Shown piece by piece: positions 11,942-24,777 of a stretch of 64,000 bases of DNA. The stretch lies in assembly GCA_951406725.2 (NCBI GenBank), contig OX597816.1, positions 65,658,001 to 65,722,000 on the forward strand, given 5' to 3'. How positions within the stretch are numbered: position 1 is the stretch's first letter; each line of letters opens with the position of its first letter. The stretch is from Octopus vulgaris (Eukaryota). The position numbers were made by a program, and so were the translations under genes. The notes beneath the pieces were generated by a model, which did not search any database, was not told the origin of the DNA, and saw nothing but the letters and a program-made list of their open reading frames with translations.

Positions 11942-13022
11942 CAGGGGCAGGGAAACCTTTTAGTGCGGCAGGCAAAAATTTCCAAAGGAAAAGGTCTGTG
12001 GGCGAATCACAAGCTCTAACTCTTATATCTGTGTAAGTCTTGTACATCATCGTTTAGCGTCCATTTTCCATGCTAGCATGGGTTGGACGGTTCAACTGGG
12101 GTCTGGGAAGCCAGAAGGCTGCACCAGGCCCAGTCTGATCTGGCAATGTTTCTACAGCTGGATGCCCTTCCTAACGCCACCACTCCGTGAGTGTAGTGGG
12201 TGCTTTTTACGTGCCACCGGCACAGGTGCCAGACGAGGCTGACAAACAGCCACAATCAGATGGTGCTTTTTACGTGCCACCAGCACGGAGGCCAGGCCAG
12301 GCTGGTAATGGCCACGATCGGATGGTGCTTTTTACATGCCACCGGCACAGAGGCCAGTCGGGGCGGTGCTGGCAACGGCCACGTTCGGATGGGTTCTCTT
12401 GCATGCCACCGGCACTGGCATCACAGTTGATCGATTGATGTTGATCGATTTTGATTTTGATTTTTGATTTTCACTTGCCTCAACAAGTCTTTGCAAGTAG
12501 AGTTTTGTGTCCCAAGAAGGAAAGGTATGCATAAGTGAACTGGCTACATCCCACGTAGAGGCCATGGGTTATGGTCTCACTTGTCCTGCCGGGTCTTCTC
12601 ATAACTATATATAATTTGATATACATTAATAAAGATAAGTTTAACACATTAAATTAATGTGTAACATCTTCATTAATGCCGCTATTGAATTTAGGATGTT
12701 TATATTACTTATGAGGTATTCTATATTTTTTAGCTAGAGTGTAGTTGGGTCTTGAGGTGCAAACCTAACAATATGTGTTTTATAGTGAAAAAAAAATTTC
12801 CATTCAAATGGCAATTACCAGACAATTTCTGTTCGAGTCTGACAGTTTTAAGTTGTGGAAATGCAGCCGTTGTCGCAAATAGGCATATGAATATTGTATA
12901 AATTTTATAATTGAAAAATTTACTATATTTTGTACATATGAGTATATCGATCAGCCTGCAAACACAATAAAATGTGCTCACAGGCACAATTGCCCCCACA
13001 ATCAGGGATTTCCCCATTCTTG
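11942..13022. mobile_element. hAT-like non-autonomous element interrupted by a family D SINE
   Basis: CAGGGGCAGGGAAA...TTTCCCCATTCTTG termini; 8-bp TSD ATATAGAG/ATATAGGG. Confidence 0.65.
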
Positions 13023-13083
13023 ATATAGGGGTTCTCTTCAGTGGCTCAGGATATTGTGGGTGTAGATACAGAAATAAATGTAT

Positions 13084-14212
13084 TGTTACGAAACGAGTGG
13101 GGAGAGCCTCCGAAAACTGTTACGGAAATCCTCACACACAGGCCCGATTCGATCAGTGAATAAGCTACGGAAACTCGGAGAGAGAGGAGAGGAGAGACAC
13201 TGCAACAACAACCGCAGCAGCACAGAGATACAGAGGCACACCCGAGAGAGACACCAAAAGAGGCAAGGCAACAACTGGCAACACTGGCTTATATTCAACA
13301 ACTAGTTTATATGACAATCAATTGTTACGACATCAAATACATTTAAGGCAAACAACAAATCAATACATCATATGGTATACCACATATCAAAGCATTTAAC
13401 AACAGCAATTCAAGAGTACAATTCAAAGTTCACGTCCGAAGACAACAGTTCTATTAAAGTCTTTTTCTACACATCACAGATAACGTCACATCGACAGAGT
13501 CCTTCTTTTTCTCTCTTCTTTCTCTTCTTTTCTTTTACATCGTGACACGTATCAATACACAATTACATACCTCAATTCCTAACTGAATCGCCAGTGTCCC
13601 ATTCCGCACTCATCTCTCAATACTGCTAATTCCTCTGTACATATTCCCCTCTGTGCCGCCAAGCTTTCTCGCATCCCAACTTGCTCCTAAAATTCCACCG
13701 CTTGCTCCTAAGATTCCAGAATCCGACTGTGTTCTTCGACGACCGGCTCCCAACTGCCAAGACCTCACTTCCTCTCTAACTGCCCTTCCACTACCCTAAT
13801 CTCTCCCTGTCTCTACCGCGTATACCCTCTCTATTTGCCCTCTGCTCTTACTACCTATCTCTATCGCCTGCTGCCTATTACCCTCTCTATCTGCTCTCAG
13901 CCCTTACTCTATCTTTATCCTCAATCTGTCCCTTGGCCTTATACTCTATCTCTATTTGCTGTCTGATTCCCTACTCTATCTCTATCGCCCGCTGCCTATC
14001 ACCCTCTCTATTTGGCGTCTGATTCCCTTAATCTGTCTTCCTCTTCCACATTCTTCAAGGGGTGTTTAGAATGACCCCTAATTCACCCGCACAGGGTCAC
14101 AAGGTCCCATTAATCTCCCAGTAAACAAAGGACCGTTACTTTTCTTCCAGACATGCTGGTGCCACACCCAATGTGGGTCACCGGGAAATACTGCACTTAG
14201 CCAACTGTAACA
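13084..14212. mobile_element. Solo LTR (1129 bp, Gypsy-like)
   Basis: TGTTAC...GTAACA inverted termini (TG..CA) with a perfect 4-bp TSD GTAT; no coding motif; internal CT-rich repeats. Confidence 0.8.
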
Positions 14213-14254
14213 GTATTTTAATGTAGTGCTTGTTTGATAAGTGTTCTATAGTGG

Positions 14255-14718
14255 TTAGCCCTTGCGATACCAACCCGGCCGAAACTGCTTCTGGCTCTGT
14301 AGTACAAATGTCTTGTTTTCATAAGTTTTGAATAAAAATCTTCCACCAAACATTAGTCACAATTGCTTTACAGCTAACACTGATAATGTTCAATGGTTAC
14401 CGTTAATGAAAAAATAAATAAAAATGATTATTTATTTTGAAAGTTTCCAGTAGAGAAATTTATGATAGGAGATATGTACTTCTCAGAACACATATTAACC
14501 CTTTTGATACCAAACCAACTGAAACTGCCTTAAGCTCTGTAGTACAAATGTCTTGTTTCTAAAAGTTTTGAATTAAAATCTTTCACCAAACCTTAGTCAC
14601 AATTTATGTTTCTAACACTAGCATAATGATAACTAAGTTATTTTACTAAATTCTTTGTTATATTTAAAATTAATTGAAAGAAACACAGAGAATCTCAAAA
14701 TAAATACAGTAATGAAAA
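14255..14718. mobile_element. Two adjacent copies of a piggyBac-like MITE fragment
   Basis: TTA(G/A)CCCTT..GATACCAA...GCTCTGTAGTACAAATGTCTTGTTT occurs at about 14255 and 14496. Confidence 0.5.
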
Positions 14719-16061
14719 ATGGCTCTTCTACAAATTAAACAAATGAACGTTTTTATAATCAGTTTGGCTATTCTTGAAATTATTTGAAAATACAATATTG
14801 CTCCAAAAGAATTTAAGAAAAGAATTGGTAAATTTTCAGAAGCTAGATTAAAGACACGGAAAGAGGTTGATACCAATAACAGAGCACAGTGACCAATTCT
14901 TCCAAAAACTCCTATACTATTTCAAGCTACAAATAAGAAGGAATTTATGTAAGTGATTGTTAAACCTACCAAAAATAGCAACAAAGTCTCCCTTAAATCA
15001 CAGCCTACTTTCTTGAAAAATGGGAATACACAGAACATTGTAGTCATAAGTTTGCTGTCTGAAGGTACATTCACATTGGTTTAGGTGTTCGACTTACAAT
15101 TGTTAGGCCATTCTTAGATCAGGCAGTATGTTATATTCTTGAGCAAGGCACTTGTTTCACACTGTTTCAGTCTGCTCAACTGAAAAGAGTTATGGGTGAT
15201 AGTTTAACTCTGCAACTGTCTGGAATATCCAATGATAGAAGAATCTTGCCCTTTCAGTGATTTCGGTGACATGGAAATGAGGGCAATAGCTCTTAGACTC
15301 AGGATAGATTTTGACTTGAAAATTGTTTTTCAATACATGCAGGTCTCAGAATAAAGATGGGATGAATCAGGATGATAACAGCTGGAATGCCTTTCATCAT
15401 GGGTCTGCTTGTTTAGGGCTGACCAAGGGATGAACAACAACATCATCATCATCATCATCATCGTTTAACGTCCGCTTTCCATGCTAGCATGAGTTGGACG
15501 GTTTGACTGTGGGCTGGCAAACCAGATGGCTGCACCAGGCTCCAGTCTTGATCTGGTAGAGTTTCTACAGCTGGCATTTCCTAATGCCAACAAAAAAACA
15601 GTTCAACAAAAACAAACAAACATCAAAACCATATAAAATTTACCGATGGCACATTAAAAACACTATTCGAATGTGATTGTTACCAGTGTCACTTCACTGG
15701 CACGTGAAAAAACATTCGAGCGAGGTCATTGCCAGTGCCGCTGCACTGGCTCCTGCGCAGGTGTCACGTAAAAAGCACCATTTGAGCATGGCCATTGCCA
15801 GTATTGCCTGACAGGCCCTCGTGCCGGTGGCACATAAAAAGCACCCACTACACTCTCGGAGTGGTTGGCATTAGGAAGGGCATCCAGCTGTAGAAACTCT
15901 GCCAGATCATGATTGGAGCCTGGTGCAGCCATCTGGTTCACCAGTCCTCAGTCAAACCGTCCAACCCATGCTAGCATGGAAAGCGGACATTAAACGATGA
16001 TGATGATGATATAAATATGTATGTCTGTGCATGTGTGTTTGTCCGTGTATCCATGTATCCG

Positions 16062-16092
<31 letters not shown>

Positions 16093-18254
16093 ATTCATAT
16101 AGTCATGCTTGAGTTTAGTGCATGAAGGAAGGTAGGAATGACTGAAGGGAAGATGGAGGAAGGAAAGAAGGAAGGAAGGAGAGCTAAGAGATGCTAACTG
16201 AAAAAGATGACACTTTAAAAGGAGGGGGAGGGGGAAGAGGAGAGAAAGAAAGAAGGAAAGAAAGAAAGAAAGAAAGACAGAAAGAAAGAAAGAAAAAATG
16301 ATAATAACTGGTACTTTTGAGCAGAAAAGATATTAATTTCTCTCACCATTTACCATTTGACAGGCATATTAATAAGATTATTGATTAATCCTCAAACTCT
16401 GTGTGTGTGTGTGTGTGTGTGTCTGTATGTGTAAGTGTGCATATGTGTGTTTGTGAGTATTTGTGCGTGTGTATGAGAATGTGTGTGTGTGTGTGCATGT
16501 GAATGTGTGTGAGCGTGTGTGAATGTGTGTGTTTGCGTGTGTGCATGTGAATGTGTGTGTATGCACACATGCATGTGTGTGTGTGTGTGTGCATGTGAAT
16601 GTGTGTGAACGTGTGTGTGTGTGCTTGTGTGTGTATGTGTGTATGTGTTTTCTTGAATTTCTGTAACCCCAGTCTGGAAAAATGAATCAGAATATTCTGG
16701 AAATCTAATCCAGCTGAAATTTGATACTTGATATACAAGGAGGAATGCTTTGCAGAGGAAATTCATTCAAAGTAAAATGTTAAAAGTTTGACCGATTGAT
16801 GTTGAAAGTGACAGAGCTTTGAAATAAATATTCCCTAAGGAGAAACTAGAGTAAATTTCTCTAAAAGAAGACAACTACGTTGATATACCATTTACAATAC
16901 AAAATTATTGGTGGCTACAAGTTCATTTTTAGTTCAATACGATGGCAAAGTTCAAGAGACTTCAAACTCTAAACATTTATTTACACAGAAAATAATCAAT
17001 AGATAAATATATTATTGAGAAAAGACTGTGTAAAGCCATTAATTTGTTTAGTTGGATTTATGTATTGAATTGGAGTAATGAAGCCCAATGCCACCAGTGT
17101 CTCAATGCAATTTGACCCTGGCTGTGGGGTAAGAAGCTTGCTTCTTACCACTCAGGTGGCAAGCTGGCAGAAACGTTAGCGCCCCAGGCGAAATGCGTAG
17201 CCATATTTCGTCTGCCATTATGTTCTGAGTTCAAATTCCGCCAAGTTCGACTTTGCCTTTCATCCTTCCAGGGTCAACAAATTAAGTACCAGTTATGCAC
17301 TGGGGTCGATGTAATCGACTTAATCCCTTTGTCTGTCCTTGTTTGTCCCCTCTGTGTTTAGCTCCTTGTAAGCAATAAAGAAATAAGAAGTTTGCTTCCC
17401 AACCACATGGTTCTGGGTTCAGTCCCACTGCATGGCTCCTTGGGCAAATGTCTTTTACTATAATATCTCTAAGCTGACCAAAGCGTTGTGAGTGAAAGAA
17501 GCCCATCATGTATGTGTGTATGTGTGTGTATCTATGAGCGTATGTCTTTGTGTCTGTGTTTGTCTCCCCCCACCCCCATCATCGTTTGACAACCAGTGTT
17601 GATGTATTTACATCCCTGTAACTTAGTGGTTCAGCGAAAGAGACCGATAGAATAAGTGATCAGCTTGAGAAATAAGTCTTGAGGTCGATTTATTCAACTT
17701 AAACCTTCTGAAAAGTGCTACTCCAGCATGGTCATAGCCAAATGACTGAAACAAGTAAAAGAATAAAAGAATAATATTCAGAGACATCTCAGAAGTTAAT
17801 GGACACCATCATTTTTGAAAGATTCTTTACCAGAAACACAAGAATGTCATTGGATGCATTAAACCCTTTCAGCATTCAAACTGGCCATATACTCTCTTTT
17901 TACTCTTTTACTTGTTTCAGTCATTTGACTGTGGCCATACTGGAGCACTGCCTTTAGTCGATCGAGCAAATCGACCCCAGGACTTATTCTTTGCAAGCCC
18001 AGTACTTATTCTATCGGCCTCTTTTGCTAAACACACCAGCATTGGTTATCAAGCAATGTTGGGGGGGGGGGACAAACACAGACATGCAAACACAGACACA
18101 CACACACACATACATATATATACATATATATATACATATATACAACGGGCTTCTTTCAGTTTCTGTCTACTAAATCCACTCACAAGGCTTTGGTCGGCCC
18201 AAGGCTATAGTAGAAGACACTTGCCCAAGGTGCCACGCAGTGGGACTGAACCCG

Positions 18255-19818
18255 ACGTTGTAGCGCTTGAGTTTGGTGGTTGCAGTGTGTCGTGGGGGTC
18301 GTTGAGTGTCCGGCTCATCCTGTGAAATGTCATCAAGGAGGGTGTGAACATTCCAACATGCAAGCCTATTGCTAAAAATTCCTGGAGTACCCTCCTGTAT
18401 CAGCGAGCGCCTGATGACAATCAAAATCCCACTTTCAAACAAACGTTTTCTGACAATTCTCAGCATTTATGGACCAACTCTTGATTCTAATGAAGAGATA
18501 AAAGATGCTTTCTATGAATCTCTGCATACTGCGTTTCGGAACATCTCCCGATCGGACTAGATTGTACTGATGGGTGACTTCAACTCCCATGTTGGGTGTG
18601 ATAATACTGCCTGGCAAGGGATCCTTGGTCCTCACGGCACAGGGAAAATGAACACTAATGGACAGAGACTACTAACCTTCTGCTCCGAGTATGACCTGTA
18701 CATCACTAACACCCTTTTTCAACAGCCTTTATTGACCTAACTAAGGCTTACCATTAGCCACCCACACACTACTATGGAATGCCCTCCTAAGCTTCTTGCC
18801 ATGCTACACCAGTTCCATGATGGCATGCAAACACGTGTGACATTGGGTGGTGATCAGTCTGACTACTTCAACGTTCAAGTCGGTGTTAAACAAGGCTGTG
18901 TCCTGGCCCCTGTCCTCTTCAATGTGTTCCTTGTGGCTGTGACCTTACCATCTCACTACAACCTCAACCCCGAAGATGGCATCACAATTCGATATCACCA
19001 TGATGGCAGTCTCTTCAACTTCAAGAGACTGAAATCACTAACAAAGACTCAGTCCACCACTCTCTTCGAATAACAATAAGCTGATGACTGCAAAACTCTC
19101 ACCCACGAACCAGCCAAACTTCAGCAGAACCTAGATGTTATGTGCAACGCCTATCGTCAGGCTGGACTCCAGGTCAACACCAAGAAAACAGAGATCCTCG
19201 AATGCTCCAAAAATGGTTCACCCCCTGTGACTTTCAATCCAAGACAACCAGCTAAAGAACACCGAGAAATTCACCTATTTGGGTAGCATCATCTCAAGCA
19301 ATGTGGCCCTTGATCACGAAATTCAGAACCGCATCCACCTTGCTTCCTCTGCTTTTGAACATCTCAAAGATAGAGTCTTTCTTAATCGTATTCTGAATCT
19401 CTCCATGTAAATCGAGGTTTATCATGCTGTTGTGGTTTCCACGCTTCTGTATGCCTCAGAAACCTGGATGATATAAAGATCATCTCAAGAAATCCCTGAA
19501 GCTCTGCAACATCCCCCCTGGTGAACTTGAAACACTGGCCACAGACCATACTACCTGGAGGGGCATGGTCAAAACTGGTACACAGCATTTTGAGGATGAG
19601 TGGACTAGACTTCGTGAAGAAAAGCGGTGACAGCTCAAAGAACATCAGCAAAATCCTAGAGGAGTTCATCTTCATCAGAGCCCTCTTCTCTGATCTCACT
19701 GTAATTGGACATGCGCCTCCAGAAGCAGCCTTTTCAGCCACAAGAGGGCATGTCAATGCCATCAAGACAACCCCATAAGGATCAAAAATGTTGTCGTCAT
19801 CTGTCAAGATGGACTGCC
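18255..19818 (+). mobile_element. RTE-clade (BovB-like) LINE, decayed and internally deleted
   Basis: APE motifs SERLMTIKIPL..SIYGPTL..KDAFY, MGDFNSHVG and NGQRLLTFC; RT motifs FIDLTKAY, HQFHDGM, GVKQGCVLAPVLFN and Q*ADD. It interrupts a SINE A head at 18254. Confidence 0.9.
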
Positions 19819-19822
19819 TTAA

Positions 19823-20043
19823 CCCTTTAGTGTTCAGATTATTCTGTTAAATGTAATACTTTTTCACTCAAATTGTTTTGAATTAATTATGCATTATCTT
19901 ATAGCTTTAAGGTTTCAATGATGTGAATGTTTATTTTTAGAATGTCACTGTAGGTTAGGTGTGAGAGGTTGGATATCGCCAGTTTGAATATAAAACATGT
20001 ATAATATATTGGGCCGGATGTGGCCGGTTTAAACACTAAAGGG
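19823..20043. mobile_element. piggyBac-like MITE
   Basis: TTAA|CCCTTTAGTGTT...AACACTAAAGGG|TTAA: 12-bp TIR and TTAA TSD. Confidence 0.85.
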
Positions 20044-21050
20044 TTAAGCAAGTAAGCAAGTGTGTGTGTGTTTGTGCGTCTGTCTCTTGCCATCATTTGA
20101 CAACTGATGCTGGTGTGTTTACATCCCCAAAACTTTGCAGTTTGGTTAAAGAGACCGATAGAATAAGCACTAGGCTTGCAAACTCCTGAGGTCGACTTGT
20201 TTGACTAAAAGGTGGTGCTTCAGCATGGCCGCAGTCAAATGACTGAAACAAATAAAAGAATAAAAGAATACTCTTGAACTATTATTCTTTTATTCTTTTA
20301 CTTGTTTCAGTTATTTTGACTGTGGCTATGCTGGAGCACTGCCTTTAGTTGAGCAAATCGACTCCAGACTTATTCTTTGTAAGCCTAGTACATATTCTAT
20401 TGGTCTCTTTTACCAAACCGCTAAGTTACGGGGGACGTAAACACACCAGCATCGGTTGTCAAGCGATGTTTGGACACACACAGACACATATATATATATA
20501 TATATATGACAGGCTTCTTTCAGTTTCCGTCTACCAAATCCACTCGGAAGGCTTGTCCAAGATGCAACGCAGTGGGACTGGACCTGGCACCATGTGGTTG
20601 GTAAGCAAGCTACTTACCACACAGCCACTCCTGCGCCTATAAAACTTACTTGTGAACTTAGGAAATAAATAACAATAAACTAAATTTTATTAACATCACT
20701 GAAATATTTTCGAACTGACAAACAGATACAGTACTTAAGGTTATTCCATAAGAAATTTAAAGCACACACACACACACACACACACATACAGTGCCCCAGC
20801 ATGGTCGCAGTCAAATGAGCTAAACCAGTTTAAAGAAACAACCACGCATGCGCGCCAATCCACTCTTCACTCTACGTTTTTTTTTTTCTCACATTTTAAG
20901 TAACTTCTATCCAATTATTCCTAAACAATTTGTCATTTAACCTTCGGTAATCCACCCCCCCTCCAAGTAGCGCTATAATCAAAGTAGTTCCAAGTATGAC
21001 ATAGCCTTGTTTTTTGGTTTTTTTTTGTTTGTTTTATATCTTAACCCCAT

Positions 21051-21366
21051 GGAGGCAATAGCCCAGTGGTTAAGGCAGTGGACTCGCGGTCGTAGGATCG
21101 CGGTTTCCATTCCCAGACCGGGCGTTGTGAGTGTTTATTGAGCATAAACGCCTAAAAGCTCGACGAGGCTCCGGCAGGGGGTGGTGGCGATCCCTGCTGT
21201 ACTCTTTCGCCACAAATTTCTCTCATTCTTTCTTCTGTTGGCCTGCTCGCTTAGCTAGCGGGGGGGGGGGGGCGCATCATTTGAAGGTTAAAACAATGCG
21301 AAGCGCATTGTGACCAGCGATGTGTAGCAACATCTGATAGCATGGTCGGTCCCGTGATCACATGAT
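21051..21366 (+). mobile_element. SINE family C (tail variant 2)
   Basis: tRNA-like head GGAGGCAATAGCCCAGTGGTTAAGGCAG; flanking repeat ATCTTAACCC. Confidence 0.85.
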
Positions 21367-21459
21367 CTTAACCCACATATAGCTAGAACTAGGTCATCAA
21401 AGGTATCCTTCCCTCCTTTTCACGACTTTAGGATGCAATCACAAGGTACTACTAGCGAA

Positions 21460-21731
21460 CAGTGGTCTCGGTGCGCGGAGTCGCGCATCCGCGCTAGCTA
21501 GTCGTAACTAGTCGATCCTAAAACGACTACCTAGCAAGGTAAATAAAACACAAAATAAATTATTTTTTTACACAAAGTAAATAATTTTTGTTAAACAACG
21601 TAAATAAAACACAAAAACACAAAGTAAATCATTTTCTAAACAAAGTAAATAACACACAAAAACACAAAATAAGGATCGAGTAGTCACGACTAGCTGGCGC
21701 GGATGCACGAGAGCGCGCACCGGGACCACTG
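21460..21731. mobile_element. MITE with ~60-bp CpG-rich TIRs and an A-rich repetitive core
   Basis: CAGTGGTCTCGGTGCGCG..GCATCCGCGCTAGCTAGTCGT..TCGATCCT pairs with AGGATCGA..ACGACTAGCTGGCGCGGATGC..CGCGCACCGGGACCACTG. Confidence 0.8.
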
Positions 21732-21759
21732 TTCTTAAGTAGTACCCAATTACAATAGG

Positions 21760-21956
21760 TTTTGGTGGCTGTTTGTAGCTATTCAAACGACCTTCTTCGA
21801 CTCGCTTCTCAATAAGACTGGCTGATTGACAAGCTTTTTTAAGCCCGTGTCAGGTTTGATTTAAAGCGTCCAACCGTGCCCATAATGTCTATAAGACATC
21901 TATTAATATCTAGGATTACATTATAAAATGTAGCCTCTCGTTTTTAAAGCGGTAAG
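21760..21956 (+). promoter_or_regulatory. Candidate promoter or first exon ending at a splice donor
   Basis: Unique, relatively CpG-retaining sequence; donor-like GCG|GTAAGC at 21950/21951; ACGCATGCGC followed by CCAAT at about 20844-20859. Confidence 0.25.
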
Positions 21957-22476
21957 CGGTAACTTTGAGGCAGATCTGCTACTTGGAATATAAATCGATT
22001 GACAAGCTTGCCAACGAGAGTTCGCTCCCTTCCCTTATCAATGATCGGAATATTTCGAACTCTCCAATTTCGTTTAATCCTGTGCACACACGCATTAATC
22101 TTTAAAAATCGAAGAATACACACACACACATTTGCTATAATATCGTTCTTTTCATCTCTGTCTGTTAATATTATTTTGTTGATTTCCCTTATCAATTCTT
22201 CTGTTTTCCTCTTACCTTTCTTCACTATCATTTATTATCGATTACATCATATTATCTCTGTAACTCACACACACATACACACACACACACACAGGTTTGC
22301 ATCACCAAACCTACATATATATACTTTATTTAAAAGCATCAGAAATATAACAAAAGCTGTTACTCGGAGTTTCACGTTCCCGTTCGTCGGACAGTTTTGT
22401 TAAAATATTTTAACAAGAGAAAGTAATTGTTGAAATATTGAAATTATTAGTATTATAAATATTTAACTTTATTAAA

Positions 22477-22900
22477 GCCGTTGTAGGCTTTATTGTCGTG
22501 CTCCCCCACCCCCCAGCGGGGATGGGATTTGAACTGTTATCCTCATTAAGAGGAAAAAATATTATAGGTTTCCCGTTTTTTTAGGATAAGCACTTTATTA
22601 TTGCATGAAAAATTAAATTTTAGCCGTTGTAGGCTCTTTTGTGGTACCCGCCCCTAGCGTAGGTGAGATTTGAACTGTTGTCCTCGTTGTGAGGAAAAAA
22701 AAATGTATTATAGGTTTCCCCGTTTTTGGGAAACTGTATATTTATCACTGTGTGAAAGATTTAATTTCGAACGTTGTAGGCTTTGTTGCTACGTCTGCCC
22801 CCACCCCAGCGGGGTGAGATGTGAACTGTTGTCCTCGTTGAGAGAAAAAAAATGAAAAAAATTATAGGTTTCCCTTTTTCTGGGATTAAATTGTGTATCA
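22477..22900 (+). repeat. Three tandem ~146-bp units upstream of LINE ORF1
   Basis: CGTTGTAGGCT...TGAACTGTT.TCCTC...ATTATAGGTTTCCC at 22479, 22625 and 22772. Confidence 0.85.
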
Positions 22901-23043
22901 TTTATTTCGAACGAATATGTCGGTCGAAATAATTCAACAAACAAACCAGCTGCATGAGCCAGCAAAAAAGTTTGCAGCAGTAGCCGCTGTAATGTTGTAA
23001 AGATGTAATAGAAACGGAGAAGCTCTCTGAGCTTTTTGAGAGA

Positions 23044-24709
23044 ATGAAAGAGGAGGGTGGGGATATAAAGATCTCACCCTCCCCTAGTGTTGAAAATATG
23101 AAGAGAAGGACAGTCGTTTACAAAACGTACTGTCCTTCATCGGAAAAATTCAAGCACTTCGAAAAGTGCGAAATAGAAAAATGCCTGGCCCCTATATGGA
23201 AAAATATAAAATACATAGTGAGGGGCCTGGCATATGGAACAATAGAGGCCAGGGATCTTTTCGGTTTGAACGGCAGTTTTTGCTAGCGGTGTCATATGAA
23301 ATTGTCACCCATAATTATGACCCTAGTATCGATCTATTGCATTTCAATCTGTTTTAGAGTCAGGGTTAGTAAGGGTTAGGGGTGGGGGGAAGGGTATCTT
23401 TTTTTTCTTCACAAATATAAATAAACCCAATCTGTTTCTTAAACGAGGGACATATTCATACGGCACAGAATGTTGTTTACCTCAATGGACGTCAGTGATT
23501 GGTTGAAATTGCAGAAATTGAAGAAAAAAACAACAAATATCTTACAAACTATAGAATTTTCTCAATAAAGCCAAGAGAAAAAGATGTTTTATAAGCACAT
23601 TCTGCCAGTATACGAAGTTTAAAATTTTTTTAGTTACCTAGAAATTATGTTAAAAACTGCTGTTCAAACCGAAAAGATCTGAGACGGCCGAAAAAGCCCA
23701 AGAGCACTCAGTGAGTCCTCTGAAAACGAAGGAGGTGGTGCTGTTCCCAACATACATGGGAAGGAGAACAGCACGCATTAGAATAAACGAAGTACCACCA
23801 GAAATTGAGGCAAGGGAGGTGATGGCCGCCCTGTTGTATAACAGGATGGACAAAATCACCTTCCTCCAAATCACATTCACTGCCCCACAAAATTGGCAAG
23901 AGCAGAGCATCTCTGCGATAATTCAGGGAACACAAGAAAACATCGAAATGCTGCCAGAAAGAGTGCTCTTGGAGGAAGATATTGCCCTCAAGATTCAAGT
24001 AGAGGGCAAAAAGCCCACGTGTTTCAAATGTGGCAAAAAAGGCCACATTCGCGTAGATTGTAAAATATGGAAAAAAAATAAGTGCGCAGACATCAGGTCC
24101 TTTAACTATAGAAAAAGACCCCAAACCCGCACACAAATTAGCCCCCACAGAAACTAATACTCCAACCCCACCATCTGTGGCACCCGCTCCCAAACAAAAC
24201 ACCCAAAAACCCCAGGCCATGCACACACTGATCCCAACAGAAACAAATGCACCCACCCCCTCTGAAGTAACAACTCCTCTGGAAGACACCATGGAGGTGA
24301 CCGAGTGGGAGTTCAAGACACCCAGAAAAAAGAGAACACATGTACCTTCCCCATCCATATCCCCCACAAAAAAAAAGAAGAAAAACAGCACACCACAGAG
24401 AAAAAAAGATCCCGCTCCACTGTCCCAGAAGAGAAAATAAAAAAGAACAAAGACGGAACAAAAACCCTGGTAAAGTTTGATACCAGGGATAAATATATTA
24501 TGGACACATTAAAGAAGCACCACACCGTGGAGCTGTTGCAGCAGCCTGAAGGCACGGAAGAGAGATGTGCCTGGATACGAGAAAAATTATATAATGAAAT
24601 GAAGAGTAGGCATCCGAGAACCATCATTAATATCCCGGACCTTCCGCGGTATTTGAAGGAGTTTTTAAAGAAGCAGGAGGAAAGGACTGCCTCACATGTG
24701 GTGAGGTGA
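23044..24709 (+). pseudogene. ORF1 (gag-like, CCHC knuckle) of an L1/Tx1-like LINE, split by a MITE and frameshifts
   Basis: ...GTIEAR|MITE|ETAEKAQEH... is continuous once the MITE is removed; CFKCGKKGHIRVDC zinc knuckle; Pro/Thr/Lys-rich linker. Confidence 0.85.
23252..23680. mobile_element. MITE with ~29-bp TIRs and internal TTAGGG-like units
   Basis: GGATCTTTTCGGTTTGAACGGCAGTTTTT...AAAAACTGCTGTTCAAACCGAAAAGATC; a second copy in the opposite orientation at 60182-60596. Confidence 0.9.
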
Positions 24710-24777
24710 ACCCCAGCATCACCAATAAAAGAAAAGGCCAAAGAGTAAGTAGAATCCTTACTTTTCTTTTGTTTTAA

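Noticed and set aside
12190-12425. Regularly spaced repeats GGTGCTTTTTACGTGCCACC with variable spacers, superficially CRISPR-like
   Set aside because: They are internal tandem units of family D elements, the spacers are mutually similar, there are no cas genes and the context is eukaryotic.
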